Positions 59,471 to 64,000 of a stretch of 64,000 nt of DNA are shown in pieces. The notes beneath the pieces are model-generated. The model was not told the origin of the DNA, did no database searches, and was given only the letters and a program-made list of their open reading frames with translations. Location: the NCBI GenBank assembly GCA_965655095.1, contig OZ296648.1, forward strand, positions 22,506,001 to 22,570,000, read 5' to 3'. The translations under genes were made by a program, and so were the position numbers. Positions within the stretch are counted from its first letter, which is position 1. Each line of letters opens with the position of its first letter. The stretch comes from Haplodiscus bocki (Eukaryota).

Positions 59471-61728
59471 TTACCTATCAAGTAACTTCAGTTTTCATGC
59501 TAAAATTCCGATTTCCTTGGAAGGAAAATAAGGTAGAGTGTTTTCATTTCTCATTGTCGACCGGCATCTTTAAAGGTGATTGATTTTATTTGTGGAAAAA
59601 AGACGTAAATTTAAAATAGAAGGGCGAGAAACAAGGCCATGAAACATTTTCCCTGAAATTTGCATTTTACTCTTCTCTGGTGTCAAGATCTTTCATCCCA
59701 TGCCATTTAAACTCATGCGATTTCATCTTAGATATTTTCAGCCGGTGTCAACTCAAAATCTCCAACGTGACAATCTGCACAATCTACAAAGTCAAAACCT
59801 CTTATGCCAAAATCTCCTCCACCAAAATCTCCGAAATTATCGATTATATTTATTGCTTTAACATATAAAGTAATTAAGCTTAAAACTGAAGAAAATTAGG
59901 CTAATTGCTTTTAATTAGTTAATTAGACTTCCAGTTTTTCGTATTTATTCTTTCCAGAAACACTTCTGTACTCAATGAAAAGAGTTATGGAGAGCTGGGT
60001 ATTTTTAGTGTCTCTGAGATTCACAAAATGTGCAAAAAAGTTAGGTGTAAGCTAGAGGGGTATCATAAAAATTTTAGTAATTACGCAATTTTTGGTATTT
60101 GCTTTTTCAATTTTTGAATCCAAAAAAATGAAATCTGAACTGCTTGTAACTTGAATATTAGAGAAGGGATCCCAAAGTGTTGGGTGTTATAATTTTTGAA
60201 ATTTTTTTAGCAGATGTTAAGTGTCCTCAAGAGAGCTATTGTTCGCATTTTTGATTGTTTCGTAGAAAATTTGAAAAGGGTTTCAAAATTTTTTGAGCTC
60301 CTCTAATGCCAAAAATAAGCTGAAAAGGTATGCCATTTTTACAGAAATTAAAATGGTTAAAAGTGCAAAAAACAATAGAATTCCACAATAACTTATTTTC
60401 ATATCAGCATTCTAGGGAAATTTTACAAAATTTAGATGAACATTTCCTAGCAAAGTTCAATGAAACCTGCGGAAAAAATGAGGAAGTTTTTGTTTTAAAC
60501 ATTTTCTCAAAAACATGCTATGATTATTGATATTGAGATTTTGGCTCCCGAAGATTAACATTTTGAAAATCAAATTTGTAGTAATATAAAAAAAGTTCTG
60601 CTGAAGAATTAGAGTTATAATTTTTCGATAAAAACATAATTCATCTATAATTAATAATAATAGTTAAATTTAACTTTACCCATTAACTTAAATACGTTTG
60701 TATGTCCTGGATAAAAGATAAATAAAGGGATTTGACCTCGTACATGAGGACTCATCAAATTTTGACTTCGCAGATTTTGACACGGAACTTTTCAGCTGTC
60801 GACACTTTCAGCCAATCGGGATTCAAGCTATACATTATCCACATAATTTGACAAATTTCGTGTCGAAATATAATTTATCGTTAATGAACGTTAATTGATC
60901 TTGATTTTTGTATTGCTATTTCTAATTTGTCGATGATAGAATGTTCCGACATTCAAATTTGCTGACGGCAGAAGTTTCTTTCAAGTCGTTTAATCTCGTC
61001 AGCCGAGCATCTTAAGTGATAACTCCAGTTCCCATCAAATTGCGGACATAGCCATTTTATATTCAGATCGAGTATATTACCTAAACTTACTGAGTGAACA
61101 AAAATAGGTTACGTTTAAAAAATTTCCAGCTCATAAAATAGCTGATATTTGTGAACATTTTTTCACAATCTCAAAAAAAGTAACTCACTTGTCCAGCAGG
61201 ACATCAAGCATCAAAATACCAGTTGCCTTTTTTCGGTCAGAAATGTCTAGACGACTTTAGTGACCTGAACACGAAGTTGGAGGTTTTTACAATTTCTTAT
61301 TCTCTGGTGGTGTCAATTATGATGATTGAAACATGAAACAACATAACTTGAAAGATGTTCCAAAGAGAAAGTCGTTTTCATCAATATCGTGATTAGTAGC
61401 AGCTAATTTAAAGTTCAAAACTTTCCACGAATTAGGTAGGCTGTATTTGACCGAAAGTATGCAACTTCCATTTTTATGTTTGTAGTGAGTGTTGAGATTC
61501 CCGATAATTGACAAGTGCAAAAAGTTATTTGGAAGCACGTTTACGTCCTGTTTACTCATAGGAGCAATTTCAAGTACCAAAACTTCGAAAGTTTTTAGGT
61601 GTCGCCTACTGTATCCCTTAGTTAGACGTGCAGATACAACATGCAAAATGCATGCATGCATCCAGCCAAAGTTGCGGTGAGATGAAGAAAATTCTGACAT
61701 TTAGCCTACATGTATTTTGAATCTTTTT

Positions 61729-61752
61729 GCAGCAGCAGCAGCAGCAGCAGCA
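61729..61752. repeat. (GCA)8 microsatellite
   Basis: Eight perfect GCA units. Confidence 0.95.
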
Positions 61753-64000
61753 AAAGTTTGTTCAAGATGTCAAGGTAACATAGGAAACGTAAAATATATC
61801 GCACGTCTATTGTCTCGACCACAACTGCTAATTTAGAGTTGATCATGTTTGTTATATCCTTGACGTTTTGACCGTTAAGCTATTATTTGCTAACAAAAAA
61901 TTTGGCATCGGTACTTATAAAATTCGCCTGTATTATTTTTATTGTATTGCGTGACAAAATTGTAAAGTTGTCTGTCAACTGTGAAACTAATTAGGCTGCA
62001 TCCAAAAATTTGCAAAACTTCATTTATTTTTCGTCTGCCAGATTTTGAAAGCAAACTACAAAACCCCGCCTAATATTATGAAATTCTTTGAAGAAACTTA
62101 AAAGACATCACAGCAGCAGACAAAATTTAGGCATGGAAAATTTCATAAGAATCATCCGCAGTCAATCAAGAAGTGTGCGGTAACATATGAGTTTTTACAA
62201 AGATTTCCTACTTTACAAGTAGGGTCAAAGTAGAAAAGTCGATGAAAGTTTCGATGTTTTGCAATATTGTGCACGTATTGTTTTTTTGAGGTATATTTGA
62301 TTCTATTGATCTCAACCGACTTTGTATTTAAGATAGCGTAAAAACTATAAAAATAAATCAAAAAGATCAAAATGGCAATGAGTCGAAATTGAAAAATGAC
62401 TTGGTTTGAAATAGTGAACGGTTGAAATCACATTTGTTGAAAGCGCATAAGTTGAAGTCCCATTAGGCGAAACGGCATGTAACCTTATTGGCCTTATAAT
62501 TCTCCCAACAGAGCTGCTAAAATATTCACAAGATTGCCAAAAAAAACAATAAGTGTTTCAGTTTGAAAACATCACAAACGCGGCTTCCTATATGTTGATT
62601 ATTTAAACCTCATTAAAAAATGTCGCGATAAAATTACAAACCGCAACAGCCTTCAATTTGAAAGTGTATCCAGACGACAAAGTTCTATAGACTCTCCTTC
62701 AAAAGTGTTTTCAATTTCTGCTCTTATTTCATAAGGCATGGAAAAATATTCGCTCAACAATCAGGTTTTTGGTTTTTCTTTCACAAGAAACTTGTTAATT
62801 GCTCGATAAACAAAACTGCACCATGAGAGATTTTTTTTAGACAAGTTTCTCCAAGAAGTCATGTATTATGGTAGCACTTCTCAGAAAACTGTTTTTTTTT
62901 CACCAAAGCCTAGGGTTTTTTTTGAAAAAGCTTGAAACAATTCACTATTTTGCCCAATTCGGAGGCTAAGTTTGAACAAGAGGTGCACTCGCTTTGCAAT
63001 TTTTTCCGCGTCAAACGGTGCGGGAAGAAGTGATCGAACATACAGAAAATGATTTTCACAAAGAAATATGTTTTTGAAAACTCAAAAAGTGGTCGATTGA
63101 CACCTTGGTGGAAGAGTTCAAGCCGATAACTTTAGAGATTTATGTGTTTGAAAATCGACAAATCAACAATCATAACTGCACTGTTTGTCATATTGTGCCA
63201 TCAAGTTTCTGGTGCTCGGAGAAAACCAAAAGTTTTCAATACCAAGAATTTTCTACACTTAACAAATTGTCATTTAATGCTTTGATGGAAGATATGAAGA
63301 TGGTAGGTTTGGAAATGTATGATGAGTATGAGAAGTTGTAGTGTCAAATTTTGCCTATATAAATAGGTGTTTGTGCCAATTGCAACATAGCAGTTTTCCA
63401 ATAGAGAAAGATAGGAACAAAATTCAGGGTGTTTTTCATCGAAAAGTCTGCCTGAAATGGAACGCTATCGAATGAAGAAGTGAATCAGGCTGTGTCAAGG
63501 AAAATTGAGTTTGATTTTTAAAGCGTATCTTACGAAAATGAGTCTTTTTGTAATTTTGGTCTCCCAAGACTCTGCTGCAAGGAAAGTTACCTGAGATAAT
63601 ATTTTTGAATAACTGTCTGTCGAAAAAACTGTTGGTTGAGACCTCGAGGGAAAAAATTTCGGCGGTGTTTTTGGAGAGAAATGATCGTTTTGGAAAACTG
63701 ATAATTTTCAATGGCATGATCCTCCGTGAGTGAGACTTTGATTCAAGCATTTAGACCGAAAAATTGGAAATTAGCGAGGTATGTCACAACCTAAGGGTCT
63801 TAGGGAAATTCTTACAATCACCTTTAAACTTCAGGGCCAGAATTGATAAAATTTTCATTGCATAAACCTCATCGGGCAAATATTTTCTCGAGGAATTCAA
63901 GATGGTTTTTTTTGGGTACATTGCGTTTGAACATCGAGATGTGTCAATAGATATCGCACATTCTGCGTTTTTCAAACTGTTACGACTCCGGCACCGGGAA

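Noticed and set aside
61317-61752. 127-aa ORF and adjacent (GCA)8 as a polyQ/polyA gene
   Set aside because: The repeat lies outside the ORF, the translation has no recognisable motif and no consistent splice chain was found.

Overview
AT-rich eukaryotic (metazoan, probably invertebrate) genomic DNA dominated by decayed transposable elements, with a 200-N scaffold gap at 8600-8799. Host genes: (i) a full-length, single-exon CFAP210/CCDC173-like gene (43781-45433, minus); (ii) a spliced gene invisible to the ORF track, reconstructed by hand from 4-5 phase-compatible GT-AG exons on the minus strand (about 37310 to 21707, product unidentified); (iii) two candidate last exons of a plus-strand gene (2662-2686, 3020-3070). 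Mobile elements: a full-length decayed Ty3/Gypsy element with both LTRs (46330-51991); a second LTR element with a perfect TTAC target-site duplication that has gag but no recognisable pol (52127-59470); a related decayed Gypsy on the minus strand (about 14.7-21.3 kb); an internally deleted Tc1 element with 51-bp TIRs (30328-31459); a Tc2/pogo-type MITE (17512-17868); solo LTRs; and several non-autonomous families. A 10.4-14.5 kb block has Polinton/Maverick-like hallmarks: a zinc-finger remnant, CArG repeats, a 28/30-bp array and an AGTAGTAG terminus. I found no CRISPR array, rRNA or intact tRNA, and no clear novel multi-gene system. The best leads are the hidden gene, the pol-less LTR element, the apparent W-L-D-D reverse transcriptase lineage, the Polinton-like block and a double tRNA-headed composite repeat. 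All family assignments come from motif recognition by eye, not database searches.
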